The notes under the pieces: generated by a model
Seen by the model: only the letters and a program-made list of their open reading frames with translations
Told to the model about the DNA's origin: nothing
The model's database searches: none
Part shown: positions 27,739 to 41,398 of the stretch, piece by piece
Layout: every line of letters starts with the position of its first letter
Numbering within the stretch: the first letter of the stretch is position 1
Translations under genes and position numbers: made by a program
Source: the human T2T-CHM13v2.0 reference genome, Homo sapiens
Assembly: GCF_009914755.1 (NCBI RefSeq)
Contig: NC_060926.1
Length of the DNA: 64,000 nt
Direction: 5' to 3' (one strand)

Positions 27739-28543
27739 AAAACACTTAGGCTTTAATGATACTCCCCTTCCGTCTTTCTTAAAGTGACCTTCAATAAATC
27801 TGTGAGGTCTCCCATCAACCTGAAAGAAGGTATTTTCAATGGATCTAAGGTAATTTGCTTTCTTAGGGAAAGTCCCCAATAAATTGCAAGATGTCTAGAC
27901 TCACTGCTCTCAAAAAGGACATGACAGCTACTTGCGTTTATTGTAAGGTACCTCTGTTGCTGGAGAAAATTAAACCACATATTTAATATTAGCAAGGTGT
28001 TAGAAGAAGCATTTTATCTATTAGGAAAAGAAAATGCCATCTTTATTTTTGGACAAAATGTATTTTACTTAACCTATGTTTTTCATTAGCCTCTCAGGTA
28101 CTCGTATCAAAAGTACATGTGTTTATGGAAATTGGTACTACTTTGGTTGAAATATTTCTTAATCCTTTTTCTCTGGCGAAACTGTGGGTTCTGCCTGGCT
28201 TGACCAGAAATGAAAATATGTTTAATCCAAAGTTGTTGGAAATTCTAGACTCAAGATTGTGCAGTACAAAGATCTGAGCAGAAAGCCCAAGTGTATAGTA
28301 ATATGATCATATATTCCAAATTGAGATACAAAAAAAGAAAAATCTAGGATAAAAATCCAAGAAGAAGAAAGGGGCAGGATGCCAAGACTGGAAACAGGAG
28401 CTGTAGAGACAACCAGAAGAAGGATTTTGGAACGATCCAGAACTCCATCAGCTGCTTGGAGTTTAAATCCTCAACATTTGCAAAGCAACGGATAGCTGGC
28501 TTCATCCATCACATTCAGGCTGAAACTGGTAGGTTATCACTGT

Positions 28544-28610
28544 GATTGTTCACTGGGAAATAAAAACAGAGATTGTTCACTGGGAATAAAACAGGAAATA
28601 AAACAGGGAA
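28544..28610. repeat. Short tandem duplication (about 27-bp unit) plus partial copies
   Basis: GATTGTTCACTGGGAA(A)TAAAA(A)CAG twice, then GAAATAAAACAGG. Confidence 0.9.
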
Positions 28611-30860
28611 ATGAAATGTGAAGATCAAGATATATCAGCTCCCAAATGTGGGTTTTCCACCTGCTTCCCAGTAACTGTGGGCAGATACTTGTGAATATTC
28701 AGAAAACCACTCAGAAAGCCTGGAGAAGGACATCTTCAACTAACTAGGGCAATACTGTGACTAACACAGTAGGGTGTTATTTGGCTTGTTTCTGGTGAGC
28801 CCTCCTAGTACCAGAGTAGTATGTATCCATGTTGCATGCTGCAGAGTCCTCAGGAAAAAGATTTACAACCCAAAAGTTACATGTGAGCAGCTGGTTTATG
28901 TGAAGCCAGATGCTGACAGATGAAAATATGCACAGGGAGAGAGAAAAAGAATGTTTTAAAATATCAAAAACAAAATCTGTTTCTCTGCCTTCCAAAGCTA
29001 AGATTTTTTTTTTTCCTTTTTAAAGAATTGTTTTCCTTTCTAAATTACAGGAATCTTTACCCTATCACCTCCTTTTACATTTTGTGATGAGGTGAGTTGC
29101 CTCTTTGGCTTGGATATTTTGCTGAGATTTTTCGATTTGGATCCATTATCTTCTTTCTCAGTTTTGAGAGTGCCAAGATTTTCTGTGTCTTTTAAAGCTC
29201 ACAGGCCTCTGTCTCTTCTTCTTGGCCTCAGCCTTCCTGGATCTTTTACAGTACATTACACTGTTGACTCTGGCTGCTGGCTGGGAGCTCAGCTGTTCCA
29301 TGGTCGATGCTGGAGCTTCCCCTCATGCTCGGTCCATGGACACAGAGGTTGATGTTGATCTCCAGCCTCAATTCTCATCACACTAAGTCCTAACCATTAG
29401 GACTTTCTTTATATTTATTCTCTTTCTCTCTCCTCTGTTCCTTTTCCTCCTCTCTCTCATCCCCTCTCTCCTTTCTTCCCCCACCCCATATAGTACTTGG
29501 AACAGAAATCTAAAAAAGTTTTCATCTCACTTCATCATTCTGAGCATACAAACCCCTTCTGCAATCCATACCTTTCCATGCTCTCCTGTTATCATGGTAT
29601 GCCCTAGTACATGGGCACCTTGCTTCCAAAGCAATGCATTACCACATCCACTCAAACAAATTACCATTCTCATCTTAACTGACTCATGTGGCACCAAAAA
29701 TCAGCTAAGAGTCCAACGTATGGGCAGATCCAAATGACTTTATACACACACACACAGAATAAAGCAAGTATCACAGTGTTTTTGAAGGTGTTTCTTTTCT
29801 CATTTTTCTTGGAATGTGCACGGATCTAATTTGGCATTCTGTATAATGCGTGTCATGGTACAGATGACAAATCATGTCAACCCCAATTATACAACCTACA
29901 GGAGAGACACCAGGAATGGCAGAGCAAAAAGGGAGAGGAGCGAGAAATATTTGTAAGCATTATCTATGTCTATGGTATCATTTTACTGTCTCTTCAATCT
30001 TTTATGAGGTATATTTTATTTAAGCCTTTTCTCATCTCTGTCATCCCTATAAACACTGTATATATCATTGCATGGCAGAATAATGTGTTGAGATATTACC
30101 TGTGTTTGGTTCCACACACCCCCAGTCTTCCAATTTCCCTCCTGCCCACTTAAGTACAGTAACTGGTTGACCCTGACCTGGTTACCCCTTGTTTCTCTGG
30201 GTGTAGCTTGGAGAACTCCCTGGATGTCCAACTCCTGGCTAAGAAACCAACCTGCACAAATGCCCCCTAAATCTAAAATACCAGCTGAAATTATTTTTAA
30301 AAAGAAAGGTAAAGTAAAAATACCTTGATCAGAAGTAGGAGCAGAAAAGTAAGTGGAGCTTCCTCCCCTTCAAAAAACAAATAATAATCCACGCTTAAGG
30401 AAGGAGGGAGGACTGAGGGACAAACTCGGTTTGAAGAAATCTGAAGGTAGCAATAAGACTTCTACAGATTTATTATGAATAAATTTATGTGAAAATTTTA
30501 TAGAATAAACACAGTAATATCAGTAGTAATATTTGTAAGAAATTCTTTGTCTTTTACTTTGCCTATGTCTCTTTTATACTGTTTGAGCAAAAATCAGACC
30601 AAAAATAGCTTCCATACTTCAAAATATTTAATTGCTACTTTATAAGATGAAGTAAGATCATTGTGAATATCCTATCAATGTATATTCTGAGCTCCTCAAG
30701 CCATGAGGCATTATAATGAACTCAGTACCTTTGATTTCAAAAGACCTCACTTTTACAGCAAAAATTCATTAATTTTGAGAATAGCAGTATTCTCTTTGCT
30801 TTTTTATACTCCATTTTGCAGAACTGTCTAGTGTTCCAACACATACCTGACCTGGAATAG

Positions 30861-31234
<374 letters not shown>

Positions 31235-33254
31235 TGACTCTTAATCAAATTCAAATAGTCCCTGTTTGAGACATAGGAAGAAACTATTAAGCTTTTGAAA
31301 GAAACTTCAGATCACGCAGTAGTAAAAATTATTCAGATATTTTAGTGTCTTCCAACACATGCAGTTATTTCCTTTGTTTAGATAATTCCTTTATTTATAT
31401 GTAAAAGGCTCACCATTTTCTCTCAGAAAGCACATGACTTACTGAGCTGTTCTTGTCTTTGTTAAGGTTAGAAGAGTGCTTTCTCTGCACTTACACACTC
31501 TCTGCTCTTACACACCCTCTTCCCATCCAAGCCCTCTCTTGCCTAACTTTCACATCTGCGTTAACAAGGTAATTGCTTATACACACCTTGAAGCAAGCCT
31601 TTTTTCTTTTTTTTTTTTTACATATAGATAATTGATTCTCAAAGCTTTGTGGCACTTTTTTTTTTCCTCACATCATTGAAATGTCCTTGCTTAAAAGCCT
31701 GTCAAAGACTGACCAGTTAAACCTGCAGATACAGGGACTCTATTTACAAACCCGCGTATTTAGGCTTCTTTTCATTTACCTGTTGAAGTATCATACACTT
31801 GAATTATTTGGGCCACTTTCTTTCCCAATGATACAGGAATAGTATTTTGCAAACATTAATCTATTTTCCCCCCTATATATAATATTCTCTTGTCACCCTC
31901 AACCTGCTTTTCCCCAGGGAGGTCAGCAAGAAGTATTCACAGAACAAAGTTACCATCAAATGTAGCAAAACAACAGTCTTGGAAAAAGCTACTTGTGAAA
32001 TTAGAAAGATTTGTGAATTTCATAGGTCTTCATTCCATATAACAAGAGGTGAACCTGGAGGACTTGGTCATTGAGTTTCATCTAAGCAAAGGCCCAGCCA
32101 GAAGTAGAAAGCTTTCTTCTGGTTATTTAAAAGAAAATAGAAGGGGTGCTGCAAGGTAAGAGACAGAAGCAGGTGCACTTGCTTTCTGCTTCTCTTTAGA
32201 TGGAATTATCTATACATACTGTATGGGAATCCAGAAAAAAATCACTCCTTTCCTTGGGTGGTGGGGAGAGGGCTTGGCTATCAGCATATTTCCTTGTGTT
32301 ACAGGAGAAATTCTGCCAGTGGCCACTTAAAATAGGGTTCAGGGACATAGCACAACAGTGGCATCAGGAGTTGAGAAAACAACAAGCTTGAGACAGCACT
32401 GCTAGTTCTGTATGTAGCTCATAAGGAATTCAAAAATGCTCTAGTAATGAGCTGCAAAGGTGCTGACAAATTCAGTGAGTTTCTCAGGGACTTTGTGCAC
32501 TGGATAATATAGTCTGGGACCACCTGCTGCCCTCCAAGAGTTGGTTATATACCATGGAAATCCACTTTGTCCATGGGTTCTCAGAATGTAGAGACACAGA
32601 ACCCACCTCAAAGAGTCACTTGGCCTCTCAGCAGGGTGGGTATCCATCCCACCTTGCACTTCTGTCATACCATTCCAAAGGTAATAGTGGACTCTGGTGC
32701 TTCAGATGATTTTGTGGAACTGAGAGCTGGTCTGACACATCCAGCTTGTTACCTGGTCTTAACCTACACAGGATGCTAGTTAGAGCACCTTGTAAACACT
32801 GAGACCTCCTCACCAAGCTACACATTGGACATATATCAAAAGGCTGGTACAGTCCATAAAAAAACGCTAGTTTGGCTCCCCAGCTGGAAACTCATAACCC
32901 AATCCTCCTCTGGGAAAATAATTTTTACCCCCTATACTGACTGTACCCCAATTACCACTTCTGTGCTTTTGATACCATATAATTACACCCATTAACAAGT
33001 ACTTCTAGACATGGTAGCAGAAGGATGGAATTTATGACTCAGAAATACTTACATTATTGACTTGGGGCGCAGGGCCGAGGTTCCTGCCACGTATTTTTAA
33101 TTTCTTTGGGAAATAGGAAGACTGTTTAGAAGGATCTTCCCTCTTTCCACCTCCTTGCAGTTTATATGACATATTCATCAAGACTTAAGATGAGTGGCTT
33201 CTCCTTTATGAATTATTGTGCAATAATCCATACGAAGGGTAAGTTAGATACCAT

Positions 33255-33468
33255 CATTTCCTCGCTCTGTGAATACTTCTATAATGGCACTTAGTTACAT
33301 TATGTTAAAATTGTCAGCAAACTTTCAAAATTGTCGTCCTTCTGTGTTTAGAAAGAATGGGTCTTTTGTCTCTCGATCCATAGATCTTAGCGTAGTGCAT
33401 TGGTATTATAAAGTTTCTATATATGTTGTTGCATGACCGAACGTATGGTCAAATAAACGAATGAATGT
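33255..33468 (+). mobile_element. L2 3' end
   Basis: ATGGCACTTA..CTTAGCGTAGTGCATTGGTA..TATATGTTG..AATGAATG tail. Confidence 0.5.
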
Positions 33469-35109
33469 GCAACACTTTCATCTTCCAATCCAAAATGTTA
33501 GAGATTCATAATGCTATATAAATTTGAAAGAAGTTTTTGTTTAAATATAAAAGGATATGATCATGCTGAAGACTCTGCTATGCACAGTATTTTGCTTGAA
33601 GACTGTATAAAGCAAAGTTGGATATTTAAAAAAGAAAGTGACCCTGAATGAGTTTCAGATACATGTTGGTAATACAGAACATATGGCACTAAGACTATGT
33701 ATGTTGTTGGAACAAATCAAGAGAGATAATTTAATGGTCTGCTGAGTTGTATGTTAACTTCCCCTACTATGGTCCCCTTCATGGTGTCATTTCATTACTT
33801 TTACCTGTTCACTTTTTAATCAGTTAGTGTAGAGCTCCAGAGCTCTGTGGAGTCAATATAAAGCTATCAAACTAATTCTGGAGTCTGACTCTATCCAAGT
33901 CGACCCCTCTTTAACCCTGCTATGAAGACACAAAGCAAGTGGCTTTGAAAATGAGGATTTGAAGATGAGAAGGAAAGGCCACAGTTACTGCTTCAAAGAT
34001 TACGCAAAGAAATACAAAGACAAAGATTAAACAAAGAAATATCCCCCTATAAAGTTAGTAGCAGTTTTATTATAAATTGTTTTGGGGGACATAAGGGCAT
34101 GATGCTTGAAATAACACCTAATAGAAATTCTTTTTATTTTGAACTATTCACCACAGTGTTGATATACATGGGTAAACAATTCCTATTTTAAGCTGTCCTC
34201 AAAACTTTAATTTTAATCTAGTTATTTAAAACTTTAAGCTAATCCTATTTAAAATGCCAATATAGCCATAGGATAAATCCCTCCTGATAATTTATGTCTA
34301 TTTTCTTTCTCCACTCACTAGAATGTCAGCCTATGATATTTTGTTCAGTACCCAAAACAGTGCCTAGAAAGAGTAGTTTCACAATAGTCATTGAGTGAAT
34401 GGTATTTTTATTATAACACACATTCTCTTACCACTTCCTCTTTCACACTTTTTCTCTTTCTTCCTCCCATTCCTCTACATTCCTTACATTACTTTTCTTG
34501 TGTTTGATTTTCAATCTTCTATTAAGTTCCAGATTTTTCAGTCATGTCAACAAGAAACATGTTTCTAAGCAAGAGGTGTTTTTTACTTAAAACCAAAAAA
34601 TTGAAACATGAGGAACTTTTCTATAATCTGTGTGTATCCAATGCCAAACAATCAGTTGATTTCATGGAAAGTGAACTGGTTATGTGGCATGACATAGAAC
34701 AAATTCTACTCCAACATAAGCACACATATGCACACATACCTACCCCCTTCCAGCTGCTTGTTTTTTTTTTATGTTTTTAACAAAGTGTGTTGATATTGTA
34801 TAAATATTGATTCATTTTATCAAGATGGGGAATTTAGTTTCCTATCTAAAGATAAATTTGGGGCTCCACAGCCTATATGCAATTAAGCCTTCTTTCAATA
34901 AGACATTAGCATTAGTGCTTTAATATGAAATATATATATAGAAATAATAGCTTCTAAAGCTCTTACTAACATCTAACTTCAAATAATAATAGGTACTAGC
35001 CCTTGAGGACATATTAGGTCCCTAGGCACTAGACACTTATAACACTTGAACTGCTGAAAGGGCATTTAAGCAGTTGGCATAAACTGATATGAGAGCTGCT
35101 TAACTTGCA

Positions 35110-35295
35110 GAGTATCTAGTGGAAGGCTGAAGTCTGCTAAATTGGATATCAGAAATCCAGAGAGCCAGGAATCCTATTTTAGTCCTGGTTCACACAGTGA
35201 CAAGCTACATAGCCCTAGGCAATTGGCACATTTCTTCACCAATGGCAGATATTATGCCCATTGATCTCAAATGTGTGGTGAGAATTAATATTTTG
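35110..35295 (+). mobile_element. MIR-family fragment
   Basis: TTTTAGTCCTGGTTC..AGCTACATAGCCCTAGGCAATT..GTGGTGAGAATTAA. Confidence 0.5.
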
Positions 35296-35536
35296 GAAAT
35301 ATCTTGAAACTTAGATACATGCAGCATTTTTTGCTGCAAAACATTTTCTCATATATTTATCAATTTATCATAGGATTTTTGGTTAGGTCTTTAAAGAGTC
35401 CTCCTCTTTTTGTATTTCTCTCTTCTACATTGCTCTTTTGTGTTGCTGATTTACAAAGAAACTATTTTTCCTTTTATTTCCAACAACTTTTATGTACTGA
35501 TAGACCTGTTAACTCTATTTCTTGGTTTTTTGGGGG

Positions 35537-35578
35537 TTTTTTGTTTTGTTTTGTTTTGTTTGTTTTGTTTTGTTTTGT
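35537..35578. repeat. (TTTTG)n simple repeat
   Basis: Directly visible. Confidence 0.9.
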
Positions 35579-36879
35579 CTGTCAATAAAATTCCTGAATG
35601 ACATTCTAAATGAACTGCAGAAGCAACTCATCAGCATATCTTAATTCTAGTTCATCACAGTTACTTTTTGCCTTTCCAAAAGGCTTTGAAATGTTTACCT
35701 GTTAACACAGAGGGTGACAGAGAGTGCTTAGTCAGTGGATGAGCATTTTTCCATTTATAATGAAGAGATATTTGGTGAAGGACAATATCCATCAGCTCTT
35801 ACACAACGAAAGGTCTTTGAAGATGGGGGTCACTGGGCTCATCTCTGTGTACCACTTGAAACAGCACAGACTTTTACTCTAGAAGATTCTTAAATGTTTG
35901 AATTCAGTCGATGTAAATAAGTACACACAATTTGATTTGGTTTCTCTTATTATTCATTAAAAGTTTACAAATACGATTTTGAGACTTTTGAAAATCCTAG
36001 CACGGATTTTGAATTATTCTATTTGTATAGATAATGTTGAGGTTTGCTCTACCACTGGAACTGATTTCTAGCTCTTCCTGACTTTTAAAGAAGTATATCC
36101 CTTGATAATTCTGTATTCTCCTCTTTGGGCATCGTTTTGGAAATAAGACTATTCCTGTGCTCCATGATTTTCTCAGAAAAACAAGTAGGTCTCCTGTACA
36201 TGGATTTAGTAAAATGACAGCTACACTCTAGAGGGAGTTAATGCTGATTTGGGAATTCAAAGACAAAAATCAGAATTAGAGTTAGCAGAAATGTCGCATT
36301 TCTCATACAATGCTGAATTTAGATTAAATTCAGTCCAAGAAATTACTGTTGAAGGTTCTTATGGACGCTTTAATTTTGTTCTAAGTCAAATCGCTCACTC
36401 ATGAGGATAAACTCCATTAGACTGTCTGGTCAATATAAAGTGCTCAAGAATTAAAATATATAATCTGTTTACCAAAATGTGTTTTTCTGCAAACTAGCCA
36501 TGCCAATATCTTAAAAATCAGTTGGTTATCATTTTTCTAGGCTTAAAAGAATGTTTTAAAACATTAATTTTTAACCTCTATTTAAAAATGTTTGGCATAG
36601 CTGCCTTGTAGACATGATCTACTTTTAAAAATATTAGTAAATAGTATAATTGTCTTAAACATTTTTTTAAAAATCCTCAAGTTATGTTAAATTTGATTGT
36701 CTGTCCCCAACTCTGATTTGAGCAAAACTGTCCTATAAGAACTTCTGGATCATGCAGTTAGAATCCACTAAATTAATACCTTTAGAGACCTAAGGCTCAT
36801 TTACATGCATTTATACTTTTCCATTACTAGCTTATAACCAGGTAAACTTCATTTTTCCTTATTCTGTCTTTATTCCTGA

Positions 36880-37240
36880 GGCCACAAATCCTGCTATATC
36901 AAACTACTCCCAGGTCCACAGAAGTGCTAGCTTCTTTCTCAGCAGTGAACAGTCATATGGCTCTTTCATTTACTTGGAATGCTCACTATGCTTTTTTCAC
37001 ACTTAATTCCTTTTGGTCTTTCAGGACATACAGCATAACCCCCTCAGAGAATCCTTTCTGACTCACCTGGTCTGGATAAGTTGCTCGTCTTATTTCAGTG
37101 CTTAACACTTAGAACCCTGTACTCTAGTGACTTATTTTCATATCTCGTTGAGGACAGGCACTGTGACATTTATCTCATCTTTTATGGCATGTAGTGATTA
37201 ATCAGTAAATGTTTGCTGAATGCCTACCTGAATGAATAAA
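36880..37240 (+). mobile_element. L2 3' region
   Basis: CTTGGAATGCTC, CCTCAGAGAATCCTTTCTGAC, TGAGGACAGG, GGCATGTAGTG..CAGTAAATGTTTGCTGAATG. Confidence 0.7.
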
Positions 37241-37459
37241 TATCTGCATTTTGAGGCTTCCCTTGACATTCATTTTATTCAGAATTGACATTATTACCAT
37301 GAATGGAAGAAATAGTGTCGGTGATTCACACCTTTTCACAGCTGGGGAAGTCACTGGGAACATGGACAAATAGTTACTGTGGGTTTCTGTCCCTTGTCCA
37401 TTTAATGTTAGCCACTTATGTCATGTGACCATAACAATGCTTATTTCACAAACAAGAAT

Positions 37460-37760
37460 TGAATCCCTGCTATTAGCCTGGCACTAAGGAAACAAGCATA
37501 AAGATGTCTTTGTTTTCAAGGAGTTTAGAACTGAGTTGAAATGAACATTAAAACAATCAGCATTCCAATGAAAGTGTGTTCAATGAGGATATGTAATGAA
37601 AGAAAGAAGAGAGCATTACTGTCTACCTTTGGGAGAACAGAAAAAACTTCACCCAGAGGGTCACATCCATGATGGGTTTTCCAAGTGGACAGAAGTGGTA
37701 CTTCCAGGCAAAGAAAACAGGATGGACATAAGTGTGAAAGAGTGAAATTGCTGTAACACT
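37460..37760 (-). mobile_element. L2 fragment, antisense
   Basis: TCAAGGAGTTTAGA, AACTTCACCCAGAGGG, TTCCAGGCAAAGAAAACAG. Confidence 0.5.
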
Positions 37761-39799
37761 CATGGCTTGACTGAGATTTAACTATTTTTCTTCTAGCTCA
37801 GGAAAATACCTTGTGAAGTTGGAATAATAATTTTCTTCTTACAGCAGTGTTTTTCCATGGGACTGTAATGTATTAAAAGGGTAAGCTGGATTACCAAAGA
37901 TTTAATAATTTAATATCATGGCTTGGAAATCTGTCTCCACTTCATTCAAAGGCAAAATCTCTTTGTGATGAGAAACTATTCTCCTAATTCATTGAAGCCT
38001 CCCATTTGCCTCTGATGAAGGAGCTAGTGCTAATGTCAAATCCATGAGTCAGGTGTAGTTGCTATGAGTCACTGAAAGGAATGACACTAGTCCTCAACCA
38101 TCTGTTTTCAGTTGTGCTGACAGCAAGGTCTGGATGAGGTAAGTTGCAGCTACTAGGTCCTGCATCTGCGACTTCCACACCTATCCCTAACCTATTCTAT
38201 GCCAAAACTTGAAGTGGATGATGTCTAGGCAGAGGGACTTGCTATATATTCTTGATGTGCCACTGGTAAAATGGTGGCTTTGTACAAAATTTCATGTTTA
38301 AAAAGTGGCAAACAATAAAGCAAGGTACCTTGACATAGCAAGAAGTGAAATAATACTGTAAGTGCTCAGTGGCCTCAATAAATAATTTCTGAGATCCAGT
38401 ATCTATCCAAGAGATCCACTGTCATTGGTCCATCAGTCCATAGAAAGCACCTGAAATATCATAAGTATTACATAAATTTTTGTTGAATTAACATATAAGG
38501 TCACTGGGATAGGAGAAATATGAAGGCAAAATTAGCTCAATATGAAGTCTTTGCTTAATAAGTAGTAACTCAGTTGCCGCCTCAAAGAAGTAGGGAAACA
38601 GAAGGAGGCAGTACACAAGTGATTCAATATCTTCACAAGTGCTTTGTGATTCATGCTGCAGTAATGAGACTCCCTTATCAGGAATCATTGAGCTCCTTTG
38701 GGGGATGGGGACCAGCATAAGTGAGCTTTCCTCCACTGGGGATAAGTGTGCCCAACAGCACATTATAAAGGTATTCCAGCATCCTGTGTGCCTACTCTTT
38801 CTAGGTTTCTGAGACAACCAGGACAGATTTTACAGGCAAAACTTGATTCTTTGGTTGCCTCCAGTTATATGACAATCCCAAGCATCACCATGATAAAACA
38901 TTCTCTTTCTGTTTTCTCTTTTCTTGGATCCTTGCTTCTTTTACTCTTAGGCCACAGTTGATCTGGCCAATCATAACTAGTACTGTATGAACTGGATAGA
39001 TCAGAGTCACCATACTGAACTTGATTTGAAATAATGAACACATTTTCCTCTTGATTTATAAATTCTACAGGTTGTATTTGGGGAAGTGGCTATTAGAGAT
39101 TAAATCTGAGACATTGGATTGCCATTTTTATCATTGCCTTTCTAGCCATAGACACATTAATTAGTGCAGTGACAAGGTGAATTTTGACAGGCTGCCCAAA
39201 ATGGTCTACATTACTTTTGGTAGAAGAAGAGCAATGAGAGACAGGATACATTGAGTATTTCAGAACAAAGTGTTCCTTGATGATTTATTGGTCCCGAATT
39301 CTTCCACATATTCCTTTGGGTAGAAGAATTCAGGGATTTGAATTTGTGCAAAGAACAAGAATGAGATAGTTTAAAATTTTTTTAATAGGGTCTGTCCATG
39401 TCACCTGGCAAGTGGTTCATTCAGTCTGACATTTCAGATTTTTGCCCCTGCTGGATGTTTTCCCTGTCTTGCTCTTTTGCTTTCCATTTATTCAAATCCT
39501 CTCCAGTTACTAAGATATTATTGATTTCTCATGGCCTGGTATGAGTCTATGAAGCTCCCTCTGGTTATTCCAGTTTATGCTATTTTCTTTTTTAAGCAGA
39601 TATTACATTTCTTGCTTATAGTATAATAGATAGCATTTCAGTTTTAGTATATTATTAATTGATTTATGTGTTTTACAGTCAGATTTAATATTTAATAAAC
39701 ACTGAATATACAAGTTTCATATTATCTAATAAGATCATATTAAATTCTAGACATTTAGTGTAATAAAATAAATTTTTAGAGAGCAACAAAAATAGTATC

Positions 39800-40015
39800 T
39801 TATATTTGTAAAATTATTTTCATACTCAAAACTTTTTCACATATATTATTTCATTTGGTTCTTAAGTAATCTTGTGATGTATGCAAATTGGATAATTTTA
39901 TTTCTATGTAAAAATATACACAGAGCTTATGGTGATTGTATGAAGTGACAAAACTTCCAAAATTTGTATGTGGTAGAGCTGAGGTTAATTAACAGTTCTT
40001 CTGGCATATAATATT
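39800..40015 (-). mobile_element. MIR fragment
   Basis: TTTCACATATATTATTTCATTTG.TTCTT..GTGGTAGAGCTGAG. Confidence 0.55.
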
Positions 40016-40436
40016 CAGGGAGAAATATACCTAGCCCCAATTTGTAGAGTGGATTACTGAGCCAATGTTATAATGTTACCATTAAACTTGACTTTTGTAC
40101 ATTTAAAAGGTCATTTTTTTAACCATAAAAAAATGGGTAAGAGTTTTATGTGGCTCTAAGAAGAAAATGTTTATAGGGGTCCTTGCTCAGTTTACTCAAC
40201 TGAGAAAAACTTAAATGTTAATTTGAACATATCCCCAATTTGTCTAATTATCATTTTTTCCCAAGAAGCTAAGAAAGGAACTATATGTAATTGCCAGGTT
40301 AACATAGCACCAGATGTGTGTAATCTAACTGGCAAATTGTGGCAAGAGCTTTCCAAGTGCTACCCTTAAGGAAATATGCCTTATTAGCTATATAACACCC
40401 AAGATGCATTGTATATACAGTGCACACACTCAAGCA

Positions 40437-40677
40437 TTTTTTATTATTATACTTTAAGTTCTGGGGTACATGTGCAGAACATGCAGATTTGTTATATAGA
40501 TATACACGTGCCATGGTGGTTTGCTGCACCCATCAACCCATCATCTACATTGGGTATTTCTCTTAATGCTATCCCTCCCCTATCCCCCCACCCCCTGACA
40601 GGCCCTGGTGTGTGATGTTCCCCTCCCTGGGTCCCTGTGTTCTCATTGTTCAACTCCCACTTATGAGTGAGAACAGG
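40437..40677 (-). mobile_element. 5'-truncated L1PA7-like 3'UTR
   Basis: TTATACTTTAAGTTCTGGGGTACATGTGCAGAAC...GTGGTTTGCTGCACCCATCAACCC; TSD CAAGC(A/T)TTTT at 40431 and 40678. Confidence 0.95.
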
Positions 40678-41269
40678 CAAGCTTTTTTTTTAAGGGAGAA
40701 GAAAATGAAAAACAGAAGTCTAGGGTTTTTTTTTTTTTAACAAAGAGTGCATAAGGTGTGCCTGATACACCTACCAGTAAGAGTACCATCAGATGTTAAA
40801 ATGTCAAATCTCTTACAGTATTCCTGAATTTTTCATGGCTCATTTTCATTGCAAAGCTGGATATTTTGATGCAGACACTATTAGTGAGGAGATTTGAAAT
40901 TTTTTGTCAAAATGTAAAACCTTTAACAAAACTTGCCAAGTCATGTCAGCAATTGTTATTCTTGATTCTTCCCTTCTTCCTGAGTTTGCACAATTATATG
41001 CCTCTCAGAGTCGGGGAGAGACTAAGGGATACAGTGTGAGGAGGGTCAGACATGGTTTACAAAAATGAGGTAAAATGGAAGCAGGAGGGGAAGTTTGTGG
41101 AGAGAAAAGGGAGATGTGATATTCAGAGAGAGAATGAGGATAAAGACTTGGGTGGGAGTCGGGCACACTATTGCAGGCATTAGTCGCTTTATCTTTTAAA
41201 GTGTTTTCAAGGCAATTAAAATGTTTCTGGTGTTGAAATGTGATGATTTTCGTTAATAGCTGGGGGATA

Positions 41270-41398
41270 CCATGTCTAACCAGCTGTGTGTCTTTGGACA
41301 AATCTTTGGACCTTCATTGGTCATTTCTTTATCTGGAAACTTAGGGATTTGATGCACCACCCTTGCATCTTCTGTTCTCTGAGTCTGCACTCTCTAAC
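41270..41398 (+). mobile_element. MIR3/MIR core fragment
   Basis: CAGCTGTGTGTCTTTGGACAAATC..TTTCTTTATCTGGAAA. Confidence 0.5.

Noticed and set aside
28379-28495. Short ATG ORF MPRLETGAVETTRRRILERSRTPSAAWSLNPQHLQSNG as a micropeptide
   Set aside because: 38 codons with no recognisable homology; it would only matter if the candidate lncRNA and Ribo-seq support were shown.
38488-38961. ORFs in repeat-free sequence (also 6086-6421, 42940-43356, 59473-59805)
   Set aside because: No recognisable domain, several begin at non-ATG codons and there is no coherent exon structure; lengths are expected by chance.
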